49,196 nucleotides of DNA, taken from assembly GCA_015663235.1 (NCBI GenBank), contig DQSL01000126.1:1-49196 (forward strand), in the 5' to 3' direction. The notes under the pieces are model-generated. The model was given only the letters and a program-made list of their open reading frames with translations. It searched no databases and was not told where the DNA came from. The translations under genes were made by a program, and so were the position numbers. The DNA comes from Mariprofundaceae bacterium (GTDB taxonomy: Bacteria > Pseudomonadota > Zetaproteobacteria > Mariprofundales > Mariprofundaceae). How positions within the stretch are numbered: the stretch's first letter is position 1; each line of letters starts with the position of its first letter. Shown here in pieces: positions 1 to 10,063 of this stretch.

Positions 1-480
1 ATTGCGGGGGTGATGGCGGCAGGCATGAGCACGCTGGATTCATCGCTGAATAGCTCGGCAACGGTAGTTACCATTGATTTTTACAAGCGGGTGTTCAACA
101 AAGATGCCGATGATGCGGCACAACTGCGTGTGATTCGCTTCACCACGGCTGTGATTGGTGTGGTAGCGACGGTGGCTAGCCTTGCCATGATTGATGTAAA
201 AACAGCTTTGGATGTTTGGTGGCAAATCTCGGCAATTTTTGGTGGGGGTATGTTGGGCTTGTTTTTATCAGCACTGTTATTGCCCAAGCTTTCATCCAAA
301 CAAGCTATGTTTGCGACCCTTATCGGGGTGGTGTTTGTGGCATGGGCAAGTTTGGCGAAGTTTGGCGTTGAAATGGATATAGGTTTCCCTTTGCACACCA
401 TGATGATTGGCGTGGTGGGTACGCTGTTGATATTGGTTTCATCCTTTGTGTTGCAGTTTTTTGGTCATGAAAAAGATTAA
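1..480 (+). CDS. Sodium:solute symporter family protein, C-terminal part (5' truncated by window)
   Basis: Frame open from base 1; AAGMSTLDSSLNSSAT motif typical of SSS family, followed by several TM helices; stop TAA 478-480. Confidence 0.85.
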   Translation: MAGVMAAGMSTLDSSLNSSATVVTIDFYKRVFNKDADDAAQLRVIRFTTAVIGVVATVASLAMIDVKTALDVWWQISAIFGGGMLGLFLSALLLPKLSSKQAMFATLIGVVFVAWASLAKFGVEMDIGFPLHTMMIGVVGTLLILVSSFVLQFFGHEKD

Positions 481-627
481 GGTTGGTAAAATCCGCTTGC
501 AGGACATTAAGGTGCGCAAAAAGCTTGCGCCACCCACACAAGTGCAAAAATCTCCCAAGGACTATGATAGGAAGAAGTTGAAATTGTTGTTGCATAAAGG
601 TTTGCAGGATTCGTGAAATAAATGTGC

Positions 628-656
628 TTAACGCATCTTTAAAACTCGGCTAAGCT
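628..656 (+). promoter_or_regulatory. Putative sigma70 promoter of dnaE (TTAACG-N17-TAAGCT)
   Basis: -35-like 628-633, 17-bp spacer, -10-like 651-656, 6 nt before the ATG at 663. Confidence 0.5.
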
Positions 657-662
657 TACGCG

Positions 663-3600
663 ATGCCACTAACGGAAAACCACCAAACATACGACAATCC
701 CTTTGTTCACTTGCACACGCATTCGGACTATTCCATGCAGCGCAGCACTGCCAAAGTGAAAAAGATGCTGGATTTGGTGGCATCTTTGCAACAACCCGCC
801 GTTGCTTTAACCGATTACGGGAACTTGTTTGGTGCGATTGAATTTTATTCGCAAGCCATGAGCCGAGGCATTAAACCCATCTTGGGTTGTGAATTTAATC
901 TTTGCCCAACGATTAAAGAAAAAGTAAGCGAAGGTCCACGCCGCCCTGATTTTCCGTCTATTGTGTTGTTGGCGCGGAATAACGTGGGTTGGCATAATTT
1001 GATTAAGTTGGTGTCGATTGCTTCGTTGCAAGGTTATTATTATGAACCGCGCATTGATAAGGACTTGTTGCGTGAGTATAGCGAAGGGCTGATTGCTTTA
1101 TCTTCGGGCTGGGGTGGTGATGTTGAGCGCGCTTTAAGAAAAGGTGATAAAGAAGCTGCCCGAGCACTTGCCCTAGAATACAAAGATATATTTGAAGAAG
1201 ACAGTTTCTTTCTTGAGTTGCAGCGTTTAAATTACAATGGGCAAGAAACCTTAAATCAAGGTGTGATTACTTTGGCACATGAAACCGATATTCCTTTGGT
1301 TGCCAGCAATAATGTTCATTTCCTTAGTGAAGATGATAAGCAAGCCTTTAAAGTGTTGTCGGCATTGCGGGATAATGCGACTTTGGATGCCGATGACTTG
1401 AATGGCTTGAGTGATGCGCGGCATTTGAAAACATCCGAAGAAATGAATCGTTTGTTTGAAGATGTGCCTGAAGCATTGGAAAATACGCTGGTCATTGCCC
1501 AATCATGCAATGTAGATTTAGAGTTTTACAACTGGCAAATGCCCGACTTTCAAACGCCTGATGGTTCGGATTTAAATGAATATTTACGCACTCTATCCAA
1601 GCAAGGTTTGGATAAACGTTGGGCGGCGATTACGCATGGCACACCTGATGCAGATAGGGCAGTGTATGATGCACGGCTTAAATTTGAATTGGATATTATC
1701 ATTCAAATGGGTTTCCCTGGTTACTTTCTGATTGTATCTGACTTTATTATTTGGGGTAAAAAACAAGGTATTCCCGTAGGGCCTGGGCGTGGTTCGGGTG
1801 CAGGTTCGCTGGTGGCTTATGTGTTGGAAGTGACCGACCTCGACCCTATCAAATATGGTCTGCTGTTTGAACGTTTTTTGAATCCAGAACGTATTTCCAT
1901 GCCTGATTTTGATATTGATTTTTGTCGAGACCGCAGGTCGGAAGTGATTGAATATGTGACCCGCAAATACGGTGAAGATAAAGTGGCACAAATCATCACT
2001 TATGGCGCAATGAAAGCCAAAGCGGTGATTCGTGATGTTGGACGGGTATTGGGCATTGATTTGGGTAAAATCAACACCATTGCCAAGCTCATTTCATCGG
2101 ATATAGGCATCACTTTAGACAAAGCCTTGGAGCTAGAACCCAAGCTTGAAGCCATGCGCGAAGAAGATAATGAAGTGCAAGCTTTGTTTGATTTGGCTCT
2201 CAAACTTGAAGGCATGAATCGCAATATTGGTAAACATGCAGCAGGTGTGATTATTGGGCGCTGGGCACTGGCAGAAACAGCACCGCTCAACAGAGACCCT
2301 AAAGGCGGAGAAGACGCGCATAAAAGCCCAGTGGTGCAATGGGACATGGGAAGTGCCGAAAAAACAGGCTTAATTAAGTTCGATTTCTTGGGCTTGAAAA
2401 CCTTAACCGTGGTCGATTTGGCGGTGCGTTTGGTGCGCGAAACAGGTAAGGCTGACTTTGATATTAACACTATTCCTATGGATGACAGAGCAAGCTTTGA
2501 ATTGATGCAAAGCGGGCAAACGGCAGCGGTATTCCAAATTGAATCCCAAGGTATGCGAGAGTTATTGGTTAAACTTTTGCCTGATTGTTTTGAAGATGTG
2601 ATTGCATTGGTGGCGCTTTATCGCCCAGGGCCATTGGAATCGGGCATGGTGGATACTTATGTGGAATGTAAACATGGTCGCCAAGAAATTCAGTATGCAT
2701 TGCCTGAAATGGAGCCTATTCTTAAAGAAACCAATGGTGTGATTTTGTATCAAGAGCAGGTGATGAAAATCGCACAGGTATTGGCGGGATATTCGCTTGG
2801 GCAAGCCGATATGTTGCGCCGCGCCATGGGCAAGAAAAAACCTGAAGAAATGCAGAAGCAACGTGAGATTTTCATGCAAGGTTCTGAAAAGAACGGTCAT
2901 GACCCTGGCAAAGCTGAGCAAATCTTTGATTTGATGGAAAAATTTGCGGGTTATGGTTTTAATAAATCACATTCAGCCGCTTATGGTTTGATTTGTTATC
3001 AAACGGCATACCTCAAAGCGCATTATCCCCAAGCTTTTATGGCGGCAACGTTATCGTGTGATATGGGTTCGGATGAAAAGGTAGCTGCTTTGGTAGCAGA
3101 CTGTGAGCATATGGGTTTAGAGATTTTAGCGCCGCATATTAATGAGTCGGATTGGGGATTCACACCAGACGGTGATAAAGGTATCCGTTTTGGTTTGGGT
3201 GCAATCAAAGGCGTGGGGAAAGCTGCAATTCGTGCAATGGTAGATGAGCGAAAAGAGCATGGTGTTTTTGATACTTTTGAAGATTTAATATCCCGTATTC
3301 CCAAAGGATGTTTTAACAAACGTATTGGTGAAGCTTTGGTTAAAGCGGGGGCAATGTCGGGGCTTGTGCCACACATTGCAGCGGGTTTAAAAGGTTTGGA
3401 TGCAGCACTTAACACTGCCAACCAACGCAGGAAACAACAAAATGATAGGCAGTCTGCATTGTTTTCTATGGAGTCAATTCGGGAAGCAGAGCCAGATTTA
3501 TTCCCTGAATGCAAGCCGTGGACTATGGGTGAATGTTTGCAAGCAGAGAAAGAAGTGTTTGGCTTCTTTTTAACGGGTCACCCCTTGGAAGAACACTTGG

Positions 3601-4268
3601 CGAATGTGGAAAATTTGGGTGATACCAACCTTTTACAACTTGCTGATCTTGAAAATGATGCGACTGTCATCTTGCCTGTATTTGTGTCATCATTTCGAGA
3701 ATATCGCACCAAGAAAGGCGCAAACATGGCATTTGTGCAAGTCGATGACTTGTTTGGTTCGGCTGAGTTGATTGTGTTTCAAAAAACCTATGAGACCTGT
3801 GCAGATATGCTCATAGCAGATAAACCTTTGTTACTTGCCGCACGCGTAGATACCAGTAAAGAGAAACCTGTGTTGATTGCGGAAAAAATAGAGCTTTTAG
3901 AAGACATGTTGCCGCAACTCATACATAAAGTGCACATCCAAAGTAGTGATTTATTATGGGATGAGACTAAGGTTTCAGAGCTTTTGGCATATTGTCAAAG
4001 CCCTAACCAAGAAGGACAAGACCAAGGGCGCACTGATGTGGTGAAAGGGGAAGAAAACACGGTTTCTTTACCTTTATGCTTTGCGCTTAGGCTTCCTGAT
4101 GGCAGTATTGCCGAATTAGAAACTTTGAATACCAACCTTTTATGGCATGAAGAAAGTCAGGAATGGTTGGCAAAACACCTTGATAAAAAAGCGATAGTGC
4201 TGGAATGTAAACCATGGCAGATAAAGTTTGCTGAAAAGCGCAAGGTGTACCAATCAGGGCAGGGGTAA
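663..4268 (+). CDS. dnaE: DNA polymerase III alpha subunit
   Basis: FVHLHTHSDYS PHP start, GPGRGSGAGS, MPDFDIDF catalytic motif, KFDFLGL, YGFNKSHS, OB-fold C-terminus; 1201 aa; followed by accA. Confidence 0.98.
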   Translation: MPLTENHQTYDNPFVHLHTHSDYSMQRSTAKVKKMLDLVASLQQPAVALTDYGNLFGAIEFYSQAMSRGIKPILGCEFNLCPTIKEKVSEGPRRPDFPSIVLLARNNVGWHNLIKLVSIASLQGYYYEPRIDKDLLREYSEGLIALSSGWGGDVERALRKGDKEAARALALEYKDIFEEDSFFLELQRLNYNGQETLNQGVITLAHETDIPLVASNNVHFLSEDDKQAFKVLSALRDNATLDADDLNGLSDARHLKTSEEMNRLFEDVPEALENTLVIAQSCNVDLEFYNWQMPDFQTPDGSDLNEYLRTLSKQGLDKRWAAITHGTPDADRAVYDARLKFELDIIIQMGFPGYFLIVSDFIIWGKKQGIPVGPGRGSGAGSLVAYVLEVTDLDPIKYGLLFERFLNPERISMPDFDIDFCRDRRSEVIEYVTRKYGEDKVAQIITYGAMKAKAVIRDVGRVLGIDLGKINTIAKLISSDIGITLDKALELEPKLEAMREEDNEVQALFDLALKLEGMNRNIGKHAAGVIIGRWALAETAPLNRDPKGGEDAHKSPVVQWDMGSAEKTGLIKFDFLGLKTLTVVDLAVRLVRETGKADFDINTIPMDDRASFELMQSGQTAAVFQIESQGMRELLVKLLPDCFEDVIALVALYRPGPLESGMVDTYVECKHGRQEIQYALPEMEPILKETNGVILYQEQVMKIAQVLAGYSLGQADMLRRAMGKKKPEEMQKQREIFMQGSEKNGHDPGKAEQIFDLMEKFAGYGFNKSHSAAYGLICYQTAYLKAHYPQAFMAATLSCDMGSDEKVAALVADCEHMGLEILAPHINESDWGFTPDGDKGIRFGLGAIKGVGKAAIRAMVDERKEHGVFDTFEDLISRIPKGCFNKRIGEALVKAGAMSGLVPHIAAGLKGLDAALNTANQRRKQQNDRQSALFSMESIREAEPDLFPECKPWTMGECLQAEKEVFGFFLTGHPLEEHLANVENLGDTNLLQLADLENDATVILPVFVSSFREYRTKKGANMAFVQVDDLFGSAELIVFQKTYETCADMLIADKPLLLAARVDTSKEKPVLIAEKIELLEDMLPQLIHKVHIQSSDLLWDETKVSELLAYCQSPNQEGQDQGRTDVVKGEENTVSLPLCFALRLPDGSIAELETLNTNLLWHEESQEWLAKHLDKKAIVLECKPWQIKFAEKRKVYQSGQG

Positions 4269-4271
4269 TAC

Positions 4272-5228
4272 ATGGCAACATATTTGGAGTTTGAACGTCC
4301 AATTGCGGAAATGACGGCTAAAATTGAGGAGCTATCGCTGATGGGTGATGATGCGAAGGTGAATATAGCGGATGAAGTTGAGCGGCTTAATGCCAAGCGT
4401 GATGCTTTGGTGAAGCGGACATATGACAATGCTAGTCGCAGTGAAGTGGCGCAACTTTCAAGGCATCCTGACCGCCCAAACTTATTGGACTATATCCCTT
4501 TGATTTTTGATGATTTCCAAGAGTTACATGGTGATAGAGCCTTTGCGGATGATGCGGCGATTGTGGGTGGTGTGGCAAAGTTCCGTGACCATTCAGTGAT
4601 GATTGTGGGACATCAAAAAGGGAAGTTAACTTCGGAAAAAATCAAGCGAAATTTTGGCATGGCAAAACCTGAAGGTTACCGCAAAGCATTGCGTTTGTTT
4701 AAACTTGCTGAGCGCTTTGATATGCCAGTGCTTACCTTTATTGATACTGCGGGGGCTTGGCCAGGCATTGATGCCGAAGAACGCGGGCAAAGTGAAGCGA
4801 TTGCGCGTAATTTATTGGTACTAGCTAAGCTCAAAGTACCTGTGATTGCTACAGTGATTGGTGAAGGCGGCTCAGGTGGTGCGTTGGCGATTGGTGTGGG
4901 TGATAGATTATATATGCAGAAGTTTGCAACGTATGCGGTGATTTCGCCTGAAGGCTGTGCAGCCATTCTATGGCATGACCGAAAATATGCGCCGCAAGCA
5001 GCAGAAGCCTTGAAACCAACAGCCGTAGATATGCAAAACTTCGGACTGATTGATGGTATTATTGATGAACCCAAAGAGGGCGCTCATCGCAACCTTGAAA
5101 AAGCGGCAGATTTGATGGGTGATACATTATACAAAAGTCTTGCAGCGTTACTAAAAATTCCGCAGGATACATTACTTCAGCAACGCGAAAAAAGATTGCG
5201 CGATTTGGGTGAATTCAAAAGCAGTTAA
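4272..5228 (+). CDS. accA: Acetyl-CoA carboxylase carboxyltransferase alpha subunit
   Basis: YLEFERPI, ELHGDRAFADD, RNFGM, GYRKALR, GEGGSGGALA, ISPEGCAAILW. Confidence 0.98.
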   Translation: MATYLEFERPIAEMTAKIEELSLMGDDAKVNIADEVERLNAKRDALVKRTYDNASRSEVAQLSRHPDRPNLLDYIPLIFDDFQELHGDRAFADDAAIVGGVAKFRDHSVMIVGHQKGKLTSEKIKRNFGMAKPEGYRKALRLFKLAERFDMPVLTFIDTAGAWPGIDAEERGQSEAIARNLLVLAKLKVPVIATVIGEGGSGGALAIGVGDRLYMQKFATYAVISPEGCAAILWHDRKYAPQAAEALKPTAVDMQNFGLIDGIIDEPKEGAHRNLEKAADLMGDTLYKSLAALLKIPQDTLLQQREKRLRDLGEFKSS

Positions 5229-6223
5229 TGCTTCGTTTTTATGCTATATTGCTGCTGATGTTGATGTTATCAGCATGTCAGCCGCAGGCGCAAGACGTTA
5301 AAGAATCACGCTTCTTGTTGGGTACACTTGTTGAATTCACCATTTTTACTGATGATGAAGACCAAGCGCTAGCAACCATTACTTTGGCAGCCGAAGAAAT
5401 GCAGCGGGTGCAAGATGTGTTCACAACTTTTGGCTCTGTGCCTAATAGTGTGAAACTGTTCAACCAAGCCCCTGCAAACACATGGATTCAGTTGGATAAA
5501 GAAGTGGAAACACTACTCTTGCAAGCCTTAACCATACAGCAAGATTCTCAAGGTGCTTTTGACCCGACATTGGGCAAGCTCAATCAACTTTGGGCATTTT
5601 CAGGTGAATCGCCACCCAATAAGCCGCCAACATTAGCCGCTATTCAAGATGCGCTTGCGCAAACGGGTATAGAAAGCCTTCAATATTCCGAACACAAAGG
5701 TTGGATGAAAAAGATAAATGGTTTAATGCTTGATTTTGGCGCGATTGCTAAGGGTTATGCGATTGACCGAGGCATTCAAGTGTTGAAGCAGTATGGTGTT
5801 CAACATGCCATCATCAATGCTGGTGGTGATATGCGCATTCTTGGCGACCATGGCGGAAAGCCTTGGCGCATTGCTATTCGACACCCGCGCAGCGAAAAAC
5901 CTTTGGGTTGGGTGGAAATAGAAAATGATACAAGCATTGTGACTTCGGGTGATTATGAACGTTTTTATCTTTATGAAGGCAAGCGGTATCATCATATTTT
6001 AGACCCAAAAATAGGGCTTCCATCTCATGCTAGCCAAAGTGTAACCGTGATTGCTCCCAGTGCCGTGATAGCTGATGCATGGAGCACGGCTTTGTTTGTT
6101 TTGGGTGCAAATGCAGGTCTCAATATTGCCCAGAAACGTATGGGTATTGAAGTTTTATGGATGACGAACAATGGTGAAGATGTGAAAAGCTCAGGTTTTG
6201 AACTGCATCATCATGCTGAATGA
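5228..6223 (+). CDS. apbE: FAD:protein FMN transferase (lipoprotein)
   Basis: Lipobox LSAC; GAFDPT, DFGAIAKGYAID, NAGGD, TSGDYER, YHHILDP, ADAWSTA; TAATG overlap with accA. Confidence 0.95.
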   Translation: MLRFYAILLLMLMLSACQPQAQDVKESRFLLGTLVEFTIFTDDEDQALATITLAAEEMQRVQDVFTTFGSVPNSVKLFNQAPANTWIQLDKEVETLLLQALTIQQDSQGAFDPTLGKLNQLWAFSGESPPNKPPTLAAIQDALAQTGIESLQYSEHKGWMKKINGLMLDFGAIAKGYAIDRGIQVLKQYGVQHAIINAGGDMRILGDHGGKPWRIAIRHPRSEKPLGWVEIENDTSIVTSGDYERFYLYEGKRYHHILDPKIGLPSHASQSVTVIAPSAVIADAWSTALFVLGANAGLNIAQKRMGIEVLWMTNNGEDVKSSGFELHHHAE

Positions 6224-6258
6224 ATCAGGTAAATATTTTATGTTTTCAGCCGTTTATT

Positions 6259-6280
6259 TTTTGTGATGTAGCGCACAAAA
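6259..6280. promoter_or_regulatory. CRP-family-like operator TTT-TGTGA-N6-GCACA-AAA
   Basis: TGTGA 6262-6266, 6-bp spacer, GCACA 6273-6277: 9/10 match to TGTGA-N6-TCACA, with complementary T/A flanks, intergenic. Confidence 0.55.
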
Positions 6281-6319
6281 TAGAACTATACCTTGTCGTA
6301 GTAATTTATATTTGGATAG

Positions 6320-7258
6320 TTGGCTTTTATGGATAGTGATGTAATTGTACGAAGTGAAGACTTCCAAGGGAGTGCGTTCCCAGATTTGGCTGTGCTTTAT
6401 CCTGAAGATTTGGAAGTTATGTTTGAAGCTGCTGAGGTGCAAACGTTTGCAGCCAATGAACCCGTGATTACGGAAGGGCAAGAAGGTAAATATCTTTTCC
6501 TTGTAAAGTCTGGTTTGTTGCGTGTGGTTAAACATCATGCAGGCAGCACTTATGAGGTTGCAACCATTGCTCCGGGTGATGTTTTTGGTGAAGCATCCAT
6601 CTTGTATAAGAGCAAAGCAGGTGCTGAAGTGCGAGCAATGGATGATTGCGTTTTGTATGCAATACCCAAACAGGTTGTGCAGGATGTGTTGCAAAGCAAT
6701 GAACGATTTATGCGAGCAACCACACAGTTGGCAGAAAAACGTTCTGCGGCAAGTGCTTTGGCAGTGAATCCGATTTTTTCCACATTGCCCATGGCAGTAC
6801 GTGAAGTGGTTTTGTTTAATGCAAAATTCTTTAGCTTACAGCCTGGAGAAGTACTTATTGCCGAAGGTGATGTAGAAGATAACCATATGTTTATTATCTT
6901 GGCTGGGGAATTAAAAGTACGCATTGTTCATCCCAATGAAAAGGGTAAAAATATAGAACTAGCAACACTTTCTTCTGGTGATGAAGCGGGTGAAATTACA
7001 GTGGTAACCAATTTGCCGCATATGGCAACTGTTGCAGCGACAGGGCAAGTGAGAGTATTGGCAATTCGCAACAGTTGTATTGTGGCATGGGCGAATCGTT
7101 ACTCGGATTTTGCTTATGCATTGTATGGTTTGGTGTATCGCAAGCTAACGCAAACACAAGAGGTCTTAAAAAATATTTTAAGCCCCAGAGAAGCTAAAAT
7201 CTTAACATTATATACTATGCCCTCTTTGGAAGAGTTTAAAAAACAACATCATTTATAG
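6320..7258 (+). CDS. Tandem cyclic-nucleotide-binding-domain protein, no HTH (start may be ATG 6329)
   Basis: Two cNMP folds: VITEGQEGKYLFLVKSG...GDVFGE and LIAEGD...MFIILAG...GDEAGE. Confidence 0.85.
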   Translation: MAFMDSDVIVRSEDFQGSAFPDLAVLYPEDLEVMFEAAEVQTFAANEPVITEGQEGKYLFLVKSGLLRVVKHHAGSTYEVATIAPGDVFGEASILYKSKAGAEVRAMDDCVLYAIPKQVVQDVLQSNERFMRATTQLAEKRSAASALAVNPIFSTLPMAVREVVLFNAKFFSLQPGEVLIAEGDVEDNHMFIILAGELKVRIVHPNEKGKNIELATLSSGDEAGEITVVTNLPHMATVAATGQVRVLAIRNSCIVAWANRYSDFAYALYGLVYRKLTQTQEVLKNILSPREAKILTLYTMPSLEEFKKQHHL

Positions 7259-7260
7259 TT

Positions 7261-9225
7261 TTAAGCCAGCCTTGTGATGTCATCACGGTACTTGGCAGCA
7301 TCTTCAAACCTTAAATCAGCAGCAGCTTCAGTCATCAATCGTTCAAGTTCATTGATGCGAACTTTTTTCTCATACTCATTGAGTATTTCAGGCTCGGCAA
7401 CTTCAGGAATATGTGCATAATCCATGTTGTAAACTGAACCGAGAATATCTTGAATATCTTTTTTGATGCTTAGCGGTGTGATGCCATGTTGCTTATTGTA
7501 TGCCAACTGTTTGTCCCTACGGCGGGAGGTTTCATCCATGGCTTGATGCATGGACTTCGTGATTTTGTCAGCATACAAAATGACCCGACCCTCTACATTT
7601 CGTGCAGCACGACCAATGGTTTGAATCAGTGAACGCACTGAGCGTAGGAAGCCTTCTTTGTCGGCATCAAAAATACAGACCAGACTCACTTCGGGCAAAT
7701 CTAGACCTTCACGTAATAGGTTGATGCCTATCAAAATGTCAAACTCACCCAAGCGCAAATCACGCAATATTTCCATGCGTTCGATGGTATTGATGTCAGA
7801 ATGTAAGTAACGAACCCTTAACCCAGCATCGGTTAAATATTCGGTTAAATCTTCTGCCATGCGTTTGGTTAAACATGTGGCTAAAACACGGTACCCTTTG
7901 GCGATAACTTCATTGGCAGCACCGATAAAATCATCGACTTGGGTGCTGGCAGGGCGAACTTCAATGACAGGGTCAATCAGTCCTGTGGGGCGAATGATTT
8001 GTTCAACAAAAACACCACCTGTTTTTTCAAGCTCGTAACTGCCCGGTGTGGCAGAAACATGAATCATTTGCGGTGCAATGACTTCAAATTCAGGGAATTG
8101 CAGTGGGCGATTATCCAATGCGGAAGGCAAGCGAAAACCAAAATCAACAAGGGTTTGTTTGCGCGCTCTATCACCCTTAAACATGCCACCAATTTGCGGC
8201 ACGGTGACATGGGATTCATCCAACATGACCACGGCATTGTTGGGCAAATAATCCAATAATGTTGGAGGTGCTTCACCGACTTTCCGCCCTGAAAGATGAC
8301 GAGAATAGTTTTCCATGCCTGAGCAATGCCCAATCTCTTGAATCATTTCGAGGTCAAAGATAGTGCGTTGTTCCAGCCGTTGGGCTTCGACCAATTTATT
8401 TTGTTCGTAAAGCTCTGATAAACGTTCGGATAGCTCTACTTTGATGTTTTCCATGGCATCAAGTAGGGTGGAACGTGGTGTGGCAAAGTGTGTTTTTGGA
8501 AAAACGGTATACTTGTGTAGTGATTCAATACGTTGCCCTGTAAGCGGATTAAATCGTGAAATGGCATCAATGTCATCACCAAAAAACTCTACGCGAATTG
8601 CCCAGTCTTCAGCATCAGCAGGGTAAACTTCGAGCACGTCCCCGCGCAGTCTAAAAGTGCCACGATGAAAATCAGTGTCGTTGCGCGTGTATTGTAATTC
8701 AACCAATTTATTGACTGCCGTACGTTGTTCTTGTTCGCGCCCAACTTCAAAATATTGCAACATATTGGCATAAGCTTCAGGGCTTCCTAAGCCATAAATG
8801 CAGGATACGGAGGCGATGATAATCACATCCTCGCGCTCCAATAAAGCGCGGGTTGCGGCATGGCGCATTCTGTCGATGTGTTCATTGATGGATGAGTCTT
8901 TTTCGATAAATGTGTCTGATGCAGGCACATAAGCTTCGGGCTGATAATAATCATAATAAGACACAAAATATTCCACGGCATTATCAGGGAAAAACTGTTT
9001 AAACTCACCATAAAGTTGGGCGGCAAGGGTTTTGTTGGGTGCCATAATCAGTGTTGGTTTTTGGCTGCGCTCAATCACACATGCCATGGTGTATGTTTTT
9101 CCAGAGCCAGTGACACCGAGTAAAACCTGATGTGGTTCGTTATTTTCTAAGCCTTGAATAAGGCTTTCAATGGCTTGTGGCTGGTCGCCTTGGGGTGTAA
9201 AGTCGCCTGCTAACTTGAATTTCAT
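7261..9225 (-). CDS. uvrB: Excinuclease ABC subunit B
   Basis: [56 protein letters not shown]-terminal UVR domain; ATG 9225 (MKFKL) preferred over ORF-track start 9261. Confidence 0.98.
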   Translation of the reverse strand: MKFKLAGDFTPQGDQPQAIESLIQGLENNEPHQVLLGVTGSGKTYTMACVIERSQKPTLIMAPNKTLAAQLYGEFKQFFPDNAVEYFVSYYDYYQPEAYVPASDTFIEKDSSINEHIDRMRHAATRALLEREDVIIIASVSCIYGLGSPEAYANMLQYFEVGREQEQRTAVNKLVELQYTRNDTDFHRGTFRLRGDVLEVYPADAEDWAIRVEFFGDDIDAISRFNPLTGQRIESLHKYTVFPKTHFATPRSTLLDAMENIKVELSERLSELYEQNKLVEAQRLEQRTIFDLEMIQEIGHCSGMENYSRHLSGRKVGEAPPTLLDYLPNNAVVMLDESHVTVPQIGGMFKGDRARKQTLVDFGFRLPSALDNRPLQFPEFEVIAPQMIHVSATPGSYELEKTGGVFVEQIIRPTGLIDPVIEVRPASTQVDDFIGAANEVIAKGYRVLATCLTKRMAEDLTEYLTDAGLRVRYLHSDINTIERMEILRDLRLGEFDILIGINLLREGLDLPEVSLVCIFDADKEGFLRSVRSLIQTIGRAARNVEGRVILYADKITKSMHQAMDETSRRRDKQLAYNKQHGITPLSIKKDIQDILGSVYNMDYAHIPEVAEPEILNEYEKKVRINELERLMTEAAADLRFEDAAKYRDDITRLA

Positions 9226-9232
9226 GTTGGCA

Positions 9233-9261
9233 AGCTTAATCGGAATATGAAAAGTTTGCAT
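9233..9261 (-). promoter_or_regulatory. Putative sigma70 promoter of uvrB (ATGCAA-N17-TAAGCT)
   Basis: -35-like 9261-9256, 17-bp spacer, -10-like 9238-9233, 7 nt before the ATG at 9225. Confidence 0.45.
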
Positions 9262-9327
9262 CCCAGTTGGCTTGCTTTAGGTTTCATGCCTGTGTTTGAA
9301 AAATATATAAGAAGAGGTAAGTTGTTG

Positions 9328-10062
9328 ATGTGGCTGCGTGGTGTGATTTTGTTGATGAGTTTTAGTTTGGCACCATTGGTTAATGCTGAGGACTATCAAA
9401 ATGCGAATAACTTTTCGGGAAGTATTGCTTTGGGTGGTTATAAAACAGAGGGTAATACTCAAACGGCCACCTTTGACGGCAAGTTTAAGCTTGGGCATAG
9501 CTATGGTAAATGGTCATCGGAAGCTGTCCTTAAGGCTACCCAAGTTTCAGAGTCGGGTATTGTTTCTTCAGATTATTATGAAGCTTTATTGAAAAGCATC
9601 TATGACTTGCCACAACATTTTTATACCTTTCTTCAACTGCGCTATCGTGAAGATACGTTTGGCGGTATTTACTCAGAGAATACTTATATCGGCGGTTTTG
9701 GCTACCATGCGTTTAAGGATAACCCTGATTATAGCTTGGATATTGAGCTTGGTTATGGGGAGCGGGTTACGAAAAAGCTTATTGATGGTGTGATTCGTGA
9801 TAAGTTAGATTATGACCCAGGCACACACATTGGCATCATTGGTAAGTATAGCTTCACTGAAAATGACGCGCTTAAAATTAATCTTTCTGGGGAGTTTGGT
9901 AATGACGATGATTACATCCAAAAAGAAATTTCATGGGTACACCAACTCTTTGGTGCAGTTCATGCAGACCTTACTTATGAATCGCGCACGGTGACCCGTC
10001 CAGGTGTTGGTAAAGTGCCAACGGATGAAAAGATAACCGTGAAACTGGGCTACACTTTCTAA
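9328..10062 (+). CDS. DUF481 (YdiY-like) outer-membrane beta-barrel protein
   Basis: GAGG SD at 9314-9317; signal peptide ending VNA; [27 protein letters not shown]; C-terminal LGYTF beta-signal. Confidence 0.8.
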   Translation: MWLRGVILLMSFSLAPLVNAEDYQNANNFSGSIALGGYKTEGNTQTATFDGKFKLGHSYGKWSSEAVLKATQVSESGIVSSDYYEALLKSIYDLPQHFYTFLQLRYREDTFGGIYSENTYIGGFGYHAFKDNPDYSLDIELGYGERVTKKLIDGVIRDKLDYDPGTHIGIIGKYSFTENDALKINLSGEFGNDDDYIQKEISWVHQLFGAVHADLTYESRTVTRPGVGKVPTDEKITVKLGYTF

Positions 10063-10063
10063 C

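Noticed and set aside
511-534. Hairpin GGTGCGCAA...TTGCGCCACC as terminator of the symporter gene
   Set aside because: Bulged stem with no U-tract; not enough support
663-4268. Intein in DnaE
   Set aside because: Length 1201 aa is normal, motifs are contiguous, and no intein-like insert is visible
7274-7288. TGTGA-N5-TCACG as a second CRP site
   Set aside because: Wrong spacer and inside the uvrB 3' coding end
9247-9327. ORF-track N-terminal extension of the DUF481 gene (likewise uvrB 9261, rnfG 13891, pstB 31917)
   Set aside because: Extensions overlap neighbours or promoters; downstream starts fit SD, signal peptide or family N-termini better
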